Positions 38,064 through 53,866 of a DNA stretch of 64,000 nucleotides are shown piece by piece. A program made the translations under genes and the position numbers. Location of the stretch: the NCBI RefSeq assembly GCF_009914755.1, contig NC_060946.1. One strand, given 5' to 3'. How positions within the stretch are numbered: position 1 is the stretch's first letter; the number at the start of each line of letters is the position of its first letter. This stretch comes from the human T2T-CHM13v2.0 reference genome, Homo sapiens. The notes beneath the pieces are model-generated. The model ran no database searches. It saw only the letters and a list, made by a program, of their open reading frames with translations, and was not told the origin of the DNA.

Positions 38064-40978
38064 CTGATGCTTATTCCTTTACTATGGGCTGACCACCACA
38101 CAGGACACTTGACCAGGTATCTTCATTTTCCTGTTCCATGACTGAAGAATTCCTAGAAACAGATGAAGTGCGAATTCCTGGGCCCTACCCGTAGTGCTTG
38201 GATCCAGAACATCTGGAAGGTGGCCCACTGGGCAGGAGGGGTGTTTGTCTCCTATGGACTGGATCTACTTTTCTAAAAACAGAGATAAGCACCCTTGGCC
38301 CCTTAACAAATGGGCTGCTGCTTACAAATCCCTTTCCTACAGTCTCTCCGTAAATTCTCATAACAACCCTTTCCACATGATGAGGCCACTGAAACCCAGA
38401 GAGGGAGAGTTATTTGCCCTGAGGTACAGACCCAGGAGGACCAGGTAGGGGGGTACCTGTGGCCACCACTATGTCCCTTTAAGAGGAAGGCTTATCCCTG
38501 GCAACTGGTGCTCAGATGGGGACCAGGGGAGGCCTTGGGGAGAAAAGAGCAGGACTGGTGGGAGGGAAGACTGGACAGAAAGGTGACTTGGAGGGACCCA
38601 GAAGCAGCCAGGACTGAAAGTGGAGGGCCTGAGACCTGAGCCTGGCAGGATTCTGCTATGAAGGGAAGACCCTGGGCTCTTCTGGGCCAGACGTGTGGCT
38701 GAAGTTTGGAGGTTAGTGACTTTCATGTTTGGTTTGGGTATTTCACTTATTTTTCCCAACACATCTCTGAAGACAGTACCCTTATACTCAATTTCCAGAG
38801 GTAGGTACTGACATCAGAGAGGTGCAACGGCTTTTCTAGGGTCACACAGCACAGTCGAGATTCCTCCTCAATCCCGTCTTGCCAAAACCCAGGCTTTTCC
38901 CTGGCTCCTGGCTATTGGTAGGAGGCCATGTGTCAGTATGTCCAAGTACCGGGGCTGTCAATGCTCTTTTTCTGTACCTGGTATGTGACTTGTTGTGTAT
39001 GGGTGGTCCAGGCCCAAGGGGCAGCCTCTGTGTAGTGGGGTTTACAGGCAGGCTGACAATTCCTGGAGTTCTCCTCCCACTAGTGACTTTGGGCAGGTCC
39101 GTCCCACTCTGTGAGGTGGTTGTTCATTTACAAATGGGGTCAACACCCTCCTAAAGGCTGTGTAGTTAAGAAGCCTAGGGGCAGCAGGGGAGGTGTGCTG
39201 TGTGCTGAGGTTGGGGGAGACTGTGGAATTCTTTTTTTTTTTTAGATCTGTTGCCCAGGCTGGAGTGCAGTGGCACCATCTCACAATCTTGGCTCAATCC
39301 AACCTCTCCCTCGTGGGTTCAAGTGATTCTCCTGCCTCAGCCTCCCAAGTAGCTGGGATTACAGGTGCATACCACCACACCCAGCTGATTTTTGTATTTT
39401 TAGTAGAGATGGGGTTTCACCATGTTGGCCAGGCTGGTCTTGAACTCTTGACCTCAGGTGATCCACCTGCCTCGGCCTCCCAAAGTGCTGGGATTACAGG
39501 CGTGAGCCACCTCGCCTAGCCTGTTTTTTTGTTTTGTTTTGTTTTTTAACTTTCAAAATGCCTGCAGTGCTTACATTGTCTTCATAATAAGCAAGTCCAT
39601 TGAGTCTAAACAAGCTGAAGGGCGCATGCTCAGATGGCTTTGTAGGAGGAGGTGGAGGCTGTTGCTGGGTTGGCTCAGGCCCTCTGGGGCTCTCTCAGAC
39701 AAAGTCAATGGGGACAGATATGGCCCAGGCCACAACACTGTTCCACCTGGGGGTGTGGAACAGGAGCGGCAGCCTGACAGCTGGGGTCAGTGGGCTCTGC
39801 AGGTCAGAGCTCAGCCCAGAACTGTGAGAACTTGGGCAAGTCTCTCTCCTGACCTTGCAAGCCAGGGGTGGGGAGCGGAGTCATACTGGGAGGGACTTAG
39901 AAAGGATCCAAGGCCTTTGTCATGGTCTCAAAATCTGGGGCTCACCCCATGCCAGGCCCTGCCCTGGGAGGTACTGGGCTGGTGGGAGTGCGTTGGAGGT
40001 ACCCATGGGAGCAAGGAGTCAGCTCTGGGTGGGGACAGGTCAGAGGACATGCTGGAACTGGGCCTTTAGCACTGAACAAGGGGTGGGGAAAGGGGATCCA
40101 GGTGGAGCAAAGGGTGAACCGAGGCTTGGAGGTGTGAAACCACCAGAAGTGACAGGGACTGGGACTGGCACTTGCAGCAGGGTGTGGGGTAGGACCAGGG
40201 TGTTCAAGGACAAGATTGAGAAGGGCCTTGATAAATGAGGACAAGGAGCTTGGCTCTTACCCCATGGGCTCGTAGGGGTCCACACGGGCTGAGGGGAGCT
40301 GGACGAGCTTACTGAGGTGGCCGAGGGTACCCAAGACCAGCCTGGCATTGGGCGTTGGGCAGTAGGCTGGGCCTGGTGTGCAGGGCCACAGCGCCACCTG
40401 GTATCCATCACTCTCACTGCAGCGTGACCTTGCCTGGCTCTCCAACCTGGGAACCAGTGGGGCAGCCTCGTCCCAGACACACTCTGCCTCTTTCAAGAGC
40501 AGCCAGGCCCTGTGGTCAAGGGCTCACATTCAGTGGTGTGCCAGGCCCCCACTAGGCTCCTTGCGTGCCCTCTCAGCTACAGCCTGTCTGGGCATGAGGA
40601 GCCACAGACCCAACCTAGAGCCAAGTTGAAAGTAGAAGTGAACACTTTTCGGTGAGGTCAGACACTCCTGATAGCTAGAGGAAGACTACAGAATTTGAAG
40701 TTATCAGACAAAGCATTGAGCTGCACCAGCTGCAAGGTGACCTTGGGCAAGTGATATTCTCTCTGGGCCCTTCCCCCATCTTTATAAACCAGTGGTGAAA
40801 TTCAGACATCCTTCCCTGTTATCACTTCTTATCTACAGGCTCACAACCATGCAAAGGAGACACATCCAGACCCCGCAGACTTAAGCTCCAAGGGACCCAA
40901 AAGCCTGGGGTCGCTTCATGTTGGATGCATGTGCAGACCTGATTCAGGCACCACACAAATGCAGCAGGCAGAAATGAG

Positions 40979-40984
40979 TTTATT
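40979..40984 (-). terminator. DESI1: DESI1 distal poly(A) signal AATAAA
   Basis: tttatt on +, implying a 3'UTR of about 3.05 kb. Confidence 0.7.
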
Positions 40985-42429
40985 GCATTAGAAAAAACAC
41001 CGAAGAAAACCAGCAAACACCTCCGTACTAGACAGTTATTAGTTTGACTCAAGGGCATAAAGAAAACTCAGATACTAGATTTACTTCTGGGAGGGGGTGA
41101 TGGTCTCATCCCTCCTCCTTCCCTATCCCTTTAAACCAATGGACCTCTAGAGGTGTCCACTGTGCAATACAAGTACGTGACTCATTTCCCACTGTGCTTG
41201 CCTGTTCACATCCAGGCGGAGTTAGCCGGCCACAATGAGAATGCTCCTGAGGTGCTGGGACAGACAGAAATATGAGGATGGGGGTAGGCAGTTGAAGCCT
41301 GAGCCTGAGTTTACAGTTAGTGACAGTGGGGCTCCCATTGGGAGGGAGAGCTTGCCTTCCCATGGAGCTCTGGGAAAACTGCTCAGTGATCCCTCGCTCT
41401 CTCCCCACAAACCCTAGGGCACAGGCAATGGCACAAATGGCTGCTAGTATAAAGGGGGGTGCTGTTCAAGGAAATGAGTGACTCAAATTCTCTCAGGGGA
41501 GCTGCTCCTGGGCCTAAGGGTGCCTGCTGGAAGAAGCAAACCAGCTGAAACTGGATCTGGAAGAGGAGAAAGGAAAAAAAGGAGCTGTGATGCCCAGAAC
41601 CCCCTGGATGGAGGGGAGACCCCAGGCAGAGGGGTCTGGAGCAGGACCCTGGAAGACAGAGCCGGGCCAGGCAAGCTGGAAAAGGGAACAACACTGGTGG
41701 GAAACAGAGCACTGGCCAAGACCAACCTGCTACCCTCCCAGAAGAAACCCAGCCTCAGAAATTCTTTCTCTTTGGGCCCAATTCTGCTAGTAGATCACGA
41801 TTATACAACAGTCCCTGCTAGTTTCTGCTCTAATCTATTATTTCCATGCACACTGGCAAATCAGTGGGTCTTGAGAAGAATTAAACTTTCAATCATTTGG
41901 CCTCTACAAGTTCCCAAATGTCACTTGACATCCCAGCTGGTCATGCCCCTGGTCAGGTCGCAGGCAAACACTAAGGCAGAATGACAGCTCCTCTAGCTGA
42001 GACTCTGATGATGCCAAACTGTGATGGCTGATGGCAAAGATAGCAGCAGATGGGGCCAGAAATGAGCAGCAGCTTTTTGGAGAGGAAAGGCCTGTGCTGC
42101 AGGCCAGACTTCCAGGAAGAAGCAACATAATTCAAGTCCGTGAAGTGGCAAGTTGTGGCAGAAGGGGCCCAAGGATGTCAGACCTGAGACTCGGGTACCT
42201 GGCAGCTCTGAGTCCCTTCTTCATGCTCACTTTCCCAAAATCTAACTAATGGAGGTTCATGTGAAGAGAGGGAATCTGAAAGTCTCTCTGGATTAGAGAC
42301 TCCCAGACTGTTCCCTGCCTATAACCTCCTAGCAGCAAGTCATTAGGAAAATGCCCACTCATGCCCCAACCTGCCTTTCTAAAGTCAGAATGACAATGGA
42401 AATAACGTGTGCCTTCAAAACACATTTAG

Positions 42430-43130
<701 letters not shown>

Positions 43131-44025
43131 AAGGTATTTTCTTAGAGTAGGGAATCCCATCCCTTGGTCCCCAGCTAAATACTGCGTACTGGCCTGGATG
43201 GTGGTTACAGAGACTGCAAATAACCTACATCATTACTTGCAGAAAAAAGGCCTTGGCTTCTACTGCTCCAGCCCAGACCTCATCCACTATGACAAGTCAG
43301 CTATGCTGAGGAAAGGCAGCCTCGGGGGCACAAAGGCAGGTTTCCCAAAATTGATGGCAGAAGATTGGCAATCCATCTAGGTGGAAGGAGGAATGGCTTT
43401 ATCCTGTTTTCTCCGGCCTGATACTTGCTGTTACTCCCTTGATCCGGAGGCAATGGCTGCTCCAGCACTGGCCTTGCTTGGGGTAAGGGAGGGAAGGTGA
43501 GGGTTGTGGCTAAAGAGTTCACTTAGGTTAGGTTAGTCATCCTGAAACCGGTCCCATGTACACCAAATCCTTTGGTTCATTTAACACTAGAGTAACTTTC
43601 TGGGTCACGGATGTTCTAAAACTCACCTGGGTCCCACAGGTGTTGGCAACTTGGGTAGAGCGTGAGTGTTCTCTGGAAAGAGTTCTAGGTTGGGGCTCCC
43701 GCAAACTGTGACTCGCTTTCTGTTTAAACAAAGCCCCTCCCTTTCTCCAGTGTGGAGGACGCTTAGGAAACAGCATCCGAAGTGAACGCACAGACAAGAC
43801 AGCCTTAATAAATTAGTATAATACTATTAGAAGGGGTGGCATTTTGTTCTGTTTCTTAGCAGCATTGTCTACATGCGGCCTGACGGTCTCCTTCCCTGGG
43901 AAATTTAAAAAGCCGTCCCCTGGTTGTTAGCTCTGATGTAAAATTATAAAATAGAAATCTGGTAGGGTTTGTTTTGTTTAAAAAGGAAAAGCCCTGGTGA
44001 GGCAGGGCGGTCCCAGGCAGTCCTG

Positions 44026-44119
44026 TTAGCTCTGGCCGTTGGGTCTGCCCACGGAGCTCCCTCCTGGAGGCTGGATCTGAATGGAGTCCAGGAGGGGCCG
44101 AAGTGCCTGTCCAAAGGGC
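44026..44119 (-). CDS. DESI1: DESI1 exon 6 coding part
   Basis: (T)[30 protein letters not shown] then TAA; acceptor tttccttgcag. Total CDS 507 nt = 168 aa. Confidence 0.95.
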
Positions 44120-44526
44120 CTGCAAGGAAACAGAGACATGAGAGGGGTGGGCTCTGGGATGTGGCCTGCTGTCACACACCCTGTGCTGCCCACGGGTAGG
44201 GAGGAGGAGTGGGCGCTGGTGGCAGCAGAAGCAGCACCAGCAGAGAAGGAAAGAGCACCTCGTCACCTCACTTAAGTTTCCCACCTGCCTCACACACCAG
44301 TGTTCTTGGAGGGCATCTCCGAAATAGCCTGCTCTGTATTTTTATTCCTGGGGTTCCCTCCTCAGGGCCTCACCTCTAGAGCCTGGTTAGCTGTGGTTTG
44401 AGTAGGCTGGCTACATACAGAGAACTAGAACTTTCTGTGCTCTATGTGCTTGTGTCTTTAATTCTTGTGAGCAAGGAAAAGATCAAATTTAAGCAGGGAA
44501 ACTGAGGCAAAAGAAGAAGGATATGA

Positions 44527-44873
<347 letters not shown>

Positions 44874-46187
44874 TAGTGATTTGCCTGCCTCGGCCTCCCA
44901 AAGTGCTGGGATTACAGGCATAAGCCACTGGGCCCAGCCATTAATGCCTTTCTAAAGGGCTCCTAGGTTGCTCTCATAGTAACAGATGGAAAAAAAACTA
45001 CAAATACTGGAGTTTGGAGATTTTCCATGATTACGACAACCATAAATAAGGTTGCCCAGAAACTTTTAAGTCACTGGCTTTTTCTTCAGTGGATACTGCC
45101 ATTTTTGAAAATCATCTCCAAGTTTAAAGGAATGAAGTACTCCAAAGTATAGACAGATGAAACCTAGAAATATCAAACCTAATTCAGACAATTCCAGGAA
45201 CTCCACCCATAAAATAATAACAGCAAGCACATTCTGGCTACTCCAGTTTGCTCAGGGCCCCATAACCTAGATCCCTCAGCAGAGCTGTGGGACTGCAAAC
45301 TCATCGAATGATAGGAAGGCAGGGCCAGGGCTGGCGGACTGGGGCTCCTCACCAGCCTGCCACAGCAGTCTTGTTTCCTATGCAAGCTCTTCCTGGGAGG
45401 TGCTTCCTCAGATATAAAAAACAGCCCACCTTGCTGGGCCTGCGAAACCTGCCAGGATCTCTGTTAAATAAGGCCATAGTTCAGGAGAAACTGAGTCAGA
45501 ATAAGCAAATAGACATGGTCCTGGAATGAGCAGAGGCTGCCTGAATGCAATCAACGACAAGAGGGAGGAGGTGAGATGGCTTTGGGGGTGTTGTGTCCTT
45601 TCGGGGTATACTGCCTGGATGATGGCCTGCAAGGCTCTTCCAAGGCTTGGGGCACATCAGGACAGAACGGGCTGCAGAGTGTTCTTGAAGAAAACATCTG
45701 TTGAAGACTGTGCTGTAATACATGAGGGCAAGTAGAACATAGTCGTTGAGGGAGTCAAAGAGTTCATGGTGCAGTGTAAGGCAAATCAACAGCTACAAAA
45801 CAAGCCCCCCTACTATTTTTCTGACCCCCTCTCTGCTTGTCTAACATTGCATTTTAACTGGGTGCTTCTGGGGAGTGGCATGCTTCGAGCACAATGGGAA
45901 GGACAGACGCCAGAATTTTGTGCAAGTACTGAAGCCAGTGTCAAGTGGGTGTCTAAGTTCTGTGGTTGCACTTAGGCCAGGGCAGAGCTGGTCTAGCTCT
46001 GAAGGTGGAGGTAATACAGGTGCGCATCAGTGGGTGGAGAGAATGGCAGCCTTCTGTGTTAGAATCTGCCATCAGGGCAGGCCCACCTGGTTGGGAGGGC
46101 AGATGGGGGCCAGAGGAAGGGCACTGACCGTGAATGGGGATTTTCAAGGTTGGCCAAGGCAGGGGCAGGGACAGAGGCCACACTTAC

Positions 46188-46310
46188 GTGGAGAGAACTT
46201 CAGAGGGCAGGTCTGTGATGTAAGAAGGAATCTTCCGCCCAGTCAGGAACTGTGCCACTTCGTTGCTGAAGGTGTTACAATTGTGTTCAAAGAGGTTGTA
46301 GGCCTCACCT
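46188..46310 (-). CDS. DESI1: DESI1 exon 5 (catalytic Cys108, NCN motif)
   Basis: [40 protein letters not shown]; PPPDE YNL..NCN.FS motif; donor gtaagt. Confidence 0.97.
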
Positions 46311-46972
46311 CTGTACATTGAAAGGTTTGCAGAACATATATGAGAAACCAGCAAGCGTCTATGTGGAATAACTCAAGCTAGGCAGTGGAATGGTGAGCAC
46401 AGCTCAATGTGAGGATTGCGATTTCCCCCGTCTCATACACCAGAAAAGCACTGCTTATTTGCCATTCTGGCCATTAATAACTGATTTTTAAGGGAAGGAG
46501 AAACTGAAAAGACATGGCTCCTACACAGTTTCAGGAGAATCTTTACATTCACGAAAGCAGAACTCTGGTGTTAAGAGTTTACCCCCTTACTGAAACTGAC
46601 TAAAGCCTCTTTCAGAGAAAATCTGCTCAAGTTTGTATTTCATCCCAACCCTTCTGCAAACCCTGTTTTTCCTTCTGCAAACTTGGCCAATACAGGTTGA
46701 GAACAGCGCTTGCCGATTTTAATCAGAAGGAATGAAAAGCCCTTATTTCCTCTAAAAATTTCGGCAGAAAGTATGTTTGAAGGAATATCTGTATCAGAAC
46801 AACTTAGAGCTTTTTGTAGCATAACTGCCTTTTCTTCATGTTAATTCAGCAAAAAACTGGGCCAGGCCTTGTGCTGAGTGATAAGGATGATATGACATGG
46901 CAGCTGCCTCCAGGGGTTATTATCTAGCTGGGGAGACAGACACAACTAACCACCACCCCTGTCTCCACTCAC

Positions 46973-47082
46973 CGGAACAGGGACTCCCCCAGGGAGGAGA
47001 GGTACTCCAGAAAGATTTCTTCTGTGACTTCTGTACTCCCCACATCAACCACAGAGTCTGGAGGCCCAAGCAATGTCCCTCC
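46973..47082 (-). CDS. DESI1: DESI1 exon 4
   Basis: [36 protein letters not shown](R); 110 nt; donor gtgagt. Confidence 0.96.
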
Positions 47083-47341
47083 CTAAAAGAGCCAACCCAA
47101 AGGAAGTCATTAAGTTACCATCTCCACTGAATGTTTTAATGTGGCTTCCCACAGTAGACCACAAACACTCTGTTCTGACTTTTTTTTTTTTTTTTTTTTT
47201 TTAGACGGAGTTTCTCTCGTCACCCAGGCTGGAGTATAATCTCAGCTCACTGCAACCTCCGCCTCCCGGGTTCAAGTGATCCTCCTGCCTCAGCCTCCCA
47301 AGTAGCTGAGATTACAGGTGCCTGCCACCATGCCCAGATAA

Positions 47342-47512
<171 letters not shown>

Positions 47513-47560
47513 TGAAGAATGTGATTTGCTATTTGTATCAAGGATGCAATAGCTTAGAAG

Positions 47561-47781
47561 CATTGGTGTCCAATCCTTTGGCTTCCCTGAGGCACACTGG
47601 AAGAAGAATGGTCTTGGGCCACACACAAAATACACTAACACTAATGATAGCTGATGAGCTTAAAAAAAAAAAAAGATAAAAAAATCTCATGTTTTAAGAA
47701 ACTTTACAAATTCACGTCAGGCCACTTTCAAAGCTGTCCTGGGCTGCGTATGGCCCACAGGCTGCAGGTTGGACAAGCTTG
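47561..47781 (+). mobile_element. MER30 (hAT-Charlie) DNA transposon
   Basis: GGTGTCCAATC...GGCCACACACAAAATACACTAACAC...GGTTGGACAAGCTTG matches the recalled consensus; near-TSD gcttaga(a)g. Confidence 0.8.
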
Positions 47782-49539
47782 GCTTAGAGCTTTCTGGTCA
47801 CTTTTCATTGCCATGTGCTGGCAGCATAGTTAGGAGTCGGACTTCTTGTTTCTAGAGGGGAGGGGGGGCCCTGGGAAGCTGATTCTCTTGCAGCTCTGAC
47901 TCCTGATGCTGTCCACTTACTCAGCTGAGAAAGAGAAACCCAGAATCTGAAGTCTACTTTTGTCCCCAGTATGTCTCATCATGAGGACAGAACAGGACAA
48001 CAGAAATGGCTCACACTTCACAGGCCATCTCTCCATGCCTATTTGCATAAAGTATGCAGCCAGTTTTTCTTATGATATACTTGATATCCCGTGTAATAAT
48101 GGAAAAATGAGGACGGTGAGAAATCTGGCAGGCTGGCAGATATTTCCATAATTCAGTTCTTTTTGGATCTGTGAGCCTAATCCTTGCCCTATCACCATCA
48201 TAGGGCAAGGGAGTTAATGGCTCCCGAAAGGCCTACAGAAAACCCTCAGCCATGTGGTTAACAGACTGCCAGAGAAAACTGAAGGAGAGACTGAGGTTGA
48301 GTGGGGAAACCAGCCACTGGGGAAGCAACGGGATCAGCAGGAGAACAAATCTGGGAAGGGATAACACTCCAGAACAGAGCTCCCTGAAAAGATCATTCAT
48401 TCATAGCCACTGAGCACCTCCTACATAGCTGACATTGTTCTGGGCACTGAGGAAAGCATGGTGAGCAAGATAACCATGGTAGGCAGAGAACAATTATCTC
48501 AGAGTTGTAAGAAACTAAAAGGTCACTCTTTGACCCCTCTTATTCACTCATATAACAACTATGGATTGAGAACTTATTATGTGTCAGGCCTTATGCTAGG
48601 CACTGGGGCTGTGGTGTGGACAAAATAGATGAGATTCTTGCCGTTAAGAAGCTTAGTGTAGCAGGGAAGGGAAACTGAAAAATCCCCTTAACCAGTATAT
48701 AATTATGAGCTGCAATTAAGGGGAGGCTGGAAAAGTACAGAATGCCAACAGTACGTATGACAGGAGACCTTCCCGGTCTGAGGGATCAGGGAAGACTTGC
48801 CTGAGAAAGTGACACAACTCAAATCTGAAGGATGGAGAGGCGTAACCAGGTGAAGGATCAAGAAGGTGTACTGATGTCAGAGTGCAGGTTTCAATGTCTA
48901 CGGTGTGTTCAAAGAATGAGAAGAGAGTGAGGGTTGGGAGGGAACAACCTAAAAGAGGCTGGCCAGAGTCAGAGTCAGAGACCAGATCAGGTAGGTCCTG
49001 GGAGGCCATGCTGAGTTTTCTGGCTTTTATTCCAAAAGCAATGGGAGAATTCTGGCTTATGCAGTAGATTGCTTGAGCCCAGGAGTTTGAGATCAGTCTG
49101 GGCAACATAGGGAGATCCTATCTCTAAAAAAATAGAAAAAAATAGCAGGGCGTGGTGGTGCTGAGTCCTAGCCACTCAGGTGGCTCAAGTGGGAGGATTC
49201 ATTGAGCCTGGGAGGTGGAGGCTGCAGTAAGCAAGACTGTGCCACTGCATTTCTGGCCTGGGTGACAGAGCAAGACCCCGTCTCAAAAAAAAAAAAAAAA
49301 TCCTTCCTGTAGGATGTAGCAAAAACAAACAAACACACAACCAAAATGAATGGCTGCTTGGCCATTGCTTGAGCACCTACTGTGACAACACTTGGATAGC
49401 TGATAGAAATTTTTGGAAAAGGCTGGGCGCTGTGGCTCACGCCTGTAATCCCAGCACTTTGGGAGGCCGAGGTGGGCTAATCACGAGGTCAGAAGTTTGA
49501 GATCAGCCTGGCCAACATGCTGAAACACCGTATCTACTA

Positions 49540-49791
<252 letters not shown>

Positions 49792-50188
49792 TTATTGGCT
49801 GTTTAAGTTTGGGCAAGTCTTGATGCTTCTCAGAGCCCTCATCATTCAGCTTAACATCAGTTGCGTTCCTAGGATGAGCCGGACACTGTGCAGGGGATGG
49901 AGATGGAAGGTCTCAGCTCGCAAGGAGCTTACACAGTTCCCTGTGGAGAACCAGAAACAGCTCATTTCACCATAACATGCTCTCTGTGAGACAGAAGGAC
50001 CCACACGTGCCATGGGAACAGAGAGGAGAGGAACTGGCTGGGGTGTCTGGGAAAGGTTTTATTGAGCCAAGTCTTCAGGTGGCTTTGAGGAACAATGCCA
50101 GAAGTCCATAGTAGAAGCAAAGCTCCTGGTCTACAGGAGCCCCCAGGAACCTGAGACTGCAGGACAGAGTGTAGGGGAAGACACTCAC

Positions 50189-50258
50189 CGGGGGGCAGCT
50201 GGAGATACCACCACTGCCGAAGAAGAACTCATCCTTGTGCACAACTATGGATGTGTGC
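50189..50258 (-). CDS. DESI1: DESI1 exon 3 (catalytic His38)
   Basis: [23 protein letters not shown]; 70 nt; donor gtgagt. Confidence 0.96.
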
Positions 50259-50421
50259 CTGTCACACAGAGAGAGACACAGTAAGCCAGAAAACTTAAAC
50301 TTTTGAGAAAAAGCAAACACCATAATGCAATGAGAGTAATTTCTGCCCAAGGATAGGACTGTGGGGACCAGTCTTATAAAACCAACAAACCAAAGGTATG
50401 AATATGATAAATACCACAGAT

Positions 50422-50636
50422 CAGGGCTTCTCAATCTTGGCACTATTGACATTTGAGGCTGGATACTTCTTTGTTGTGTGGGGCTGTCCTGTGCATTCTA
50501 GTCTGTTGAGCAGCGTCCCTGCCTCTATCCACAAGATGCCAGTAGCATCCTCCTCCCTGTATGACAACCAAAAATATCTCTGGACATGGCCAAATGTCCC
50601 AGGGTGAGAGAGCAAAAGAACTGATGAGAAGCACTG
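50422..50636 (-). mobile_element. MER20 DNA transposon in DESI1 intron 2
   Basis: CAGGGCTTCTCAA...GGCACTATTGACATTT...CAAATGTCCC...GAGAAGCACTG is the reverse of the recalled MER20 consensus. Confidence 0.8.
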
Positions 50637-50766
50637 CTTTAGGGCTTGAAGATTTATAGCATGGAGAGCTAGGTTTCATGCTGGAAGCCACAGACTAGAA
50701 CCTGAAATGCATAGAGTGCTGCCTTGTTTCAAAACTAGTCAAAGTAAGGAGACCCACCCAACTTAC

Positions 50767-50788
50767 CAGATGCCTTCCAGTTGTTTCC
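50767..50788 (-). CDS. DESI1: DESI1 exon 2 (22-nt microexon)
   Basis: cttcttctctccacag|GGAAACAACTGGAAGGCATCTG|gtaagt = (G)KQLEGI(W); needed to join exons 1 and 3 in frame. Confidence 0.93.
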
Positions 50789-52805
50789 CTGTGGAGAGAA
50801 GAAGAGATTTAGCCACTTGGGACTAGAATAAGTGGCCCCTCAGCCTTGGTAAATTCATGACATCACTCAAACCCAGGGTAACCTGTCATAAACCTCTTGA
50901 GGGACTTTCTAGGAATGCAAGTCCCCTCCAGTAAGGTCTTTAGGTTGTGACAGAGTGTAAGTAAGTTGAAAAGTAATGAGAGTCTTTTATCAGAATGCAA
51001 GATTAAAAACACTAGTATAAAGGTACCCCAGTTTTATGTCTGCTATTCTTTCCTCTTTGGGGTCAATTCAGCTATGCCTTTTTAACTTCTCTGTCTCACG
51101 TACAGTAAGACTATAGTAATACAATGAATGTTATTACTCATTTCTTCATTGAGGTGAAATCCTTCAGAAACTGATAGGATAAAACTTTGCAAATGCTATC
51201 CATTTAAATAGTTAAAGCACGTTATTCTACCTCTATGTGCCAGAAACAATGTTAGGTGTGGAAATGCAAACAGGAACGTATCACTTTCCTGCCTTTGAGA
51301 AGCTCAAAGTCAAATGGACTGAGACACACAAATAATTAACTAAAACACAATGTTAATATGCTGTATCATAGTGGTAAAAATAAGGTACTAAATATAATAA
51401 ACTACTTTTGTGAGCTTCCATTACCAATGACAAGTAAGGGCAGGGATGGACATTTCTGTGGGAGAGAACAAGATGTGCACATGCATGGCTGTGAAGTCTA
51501 AAGCCTGCAGGGCAGAGTGAAGGGGGCAGTGATGGTGCCAAGGGGAGGAGCGGCCAACAGGATGGCCAGCAAAGCGGGCAGGCCTGGACTCAAAGAGGCT
51601 GTGAGGCTGGAGAGTGCCTTGATCAGATCCATGTTCGGAAAAGATAACTGTAGTTGTGGGATAGCAGATGAATTGGAGGGAAGAGAGCAGACCAAGCAGA
51701 CCATCACAAGAGTCCATGAGAGATACTCTACAGCAGTGCTCAGGAGGCAGAGGAAGGGCATTGAAAGACGTGGAGTGTCAGCAAACATCACCCACTCACT
51801 CCTGCTTATCACTTCACACGGCGACATGGCAGATTACTGATTGCTAACTGCTACCTTCGCTGTTTGCCCTGTGCCTTTCTTTTTTTTAGAGGCAGAGTCT
51901 CTCTGTTGCCCAGGCTGGAGTGAAGTGACGTGATCTCGGCTCATTGCAACCTCTGCCCCCCGGGTTCAAGTGATTCTCATGCCTCAGCCTCCCAAGTAGC
52001 TGGGATTACAGGCATGCACCACCAAGCCCGGCTGATTTTTGTATTTTTAGTAGAGACAGGATTTTGCCATGTCGGCCAGGCTGGTCTCGAACTCCTCGCC
52101 TCAAGTGATCCACCTGCCTCAGCCTCCCAAAGTGCTAGGATTACAGGCATGAGCCACCACACACTTGGCATAGCATCCTCAGAGATAGTTAAGGGGACCA
52201 TATGGGTTCAGATCCTGGATTTTCCACTTCCTAGTGGTGGATCTTGGGCAAGTTTACCCAGCCTGTTTAAGTCTGTTTCTCCAGTTCAGAGTTGCTGTGA
52301 CTGGTAATGTTAATGTATAGAAAGCTTCACAGTATGTGATATACAGATGTCTGATAAATGGAGGCTCTTATTAGGTACAATGACCTCCTTGGGGAAAAGG
52401 GTAAAGACTTCCAGAAGATAAAAATAAATTCTACTTCAGACATGTCACAGTGGCCCACCCCTGTAATCCCAGCACTTTGGGAGGCCGAGGCAGGCAGATT
52501 ACTTGAAGCCAGGAGTTCAAGACCAGCCTGGCCAACAGAGAAACCCAGTCTTTACTAAAAATAAAAATAAAAAAACTCTCTGGGTGTGGTGGCATGCACC
52601 TGTAGTCCCAGCTACTCAGGAGGCTGAGGCACGAGAATTGCTTGAACTTGGGAGGCAGTGAGCCGAGATTGCGCCACTGTACTCTAGCCTGGGCAACAGA
52701 GTGAGACCCTGTCTCAAATAAAACAAAAAATAGGCCAGGTGTGGTGGCTCACACCTGTAATCCCAGCACTTTGGGAGGCCGAGGCGGGCAGATCACATGA
52801 GGTCA

Positions 52806-53324
<519 letters not shown>

Positions 53325-53689
53325 CTACTTCAGTATTGGTAAGTAAAATCTAAGAACAGATTTCAACATCCAGCAAATTAATATGAAATGCTATATCTAT
53401 TTTACATGTAAAATTCCATTCTTTGCTGTTAGTGTTCCCAGGCTAAATGGAATAACAAGAAAATGAAATGTAGCGGAGTACTTCTGCCTCTGTTCCAATT
53501 CCAGAGATCAGTCTGCTTTTCACCAAGAGATCTGCTGCTCTGGCCCGGAAGACCACAAGTGGGCCGGGCGTGGTGGATCACCTGAGGTCAGGAGTTTGAG
53601 ATCAGCCTGGCCAACATGATGAAACCCCGTCTCTACTAAAAATACAAAAATTAGCTGGGCGTGGTGGCAGGCGCCTGTAATCCCAGCTA

Positions 53690-53866
<177 letters not shown>

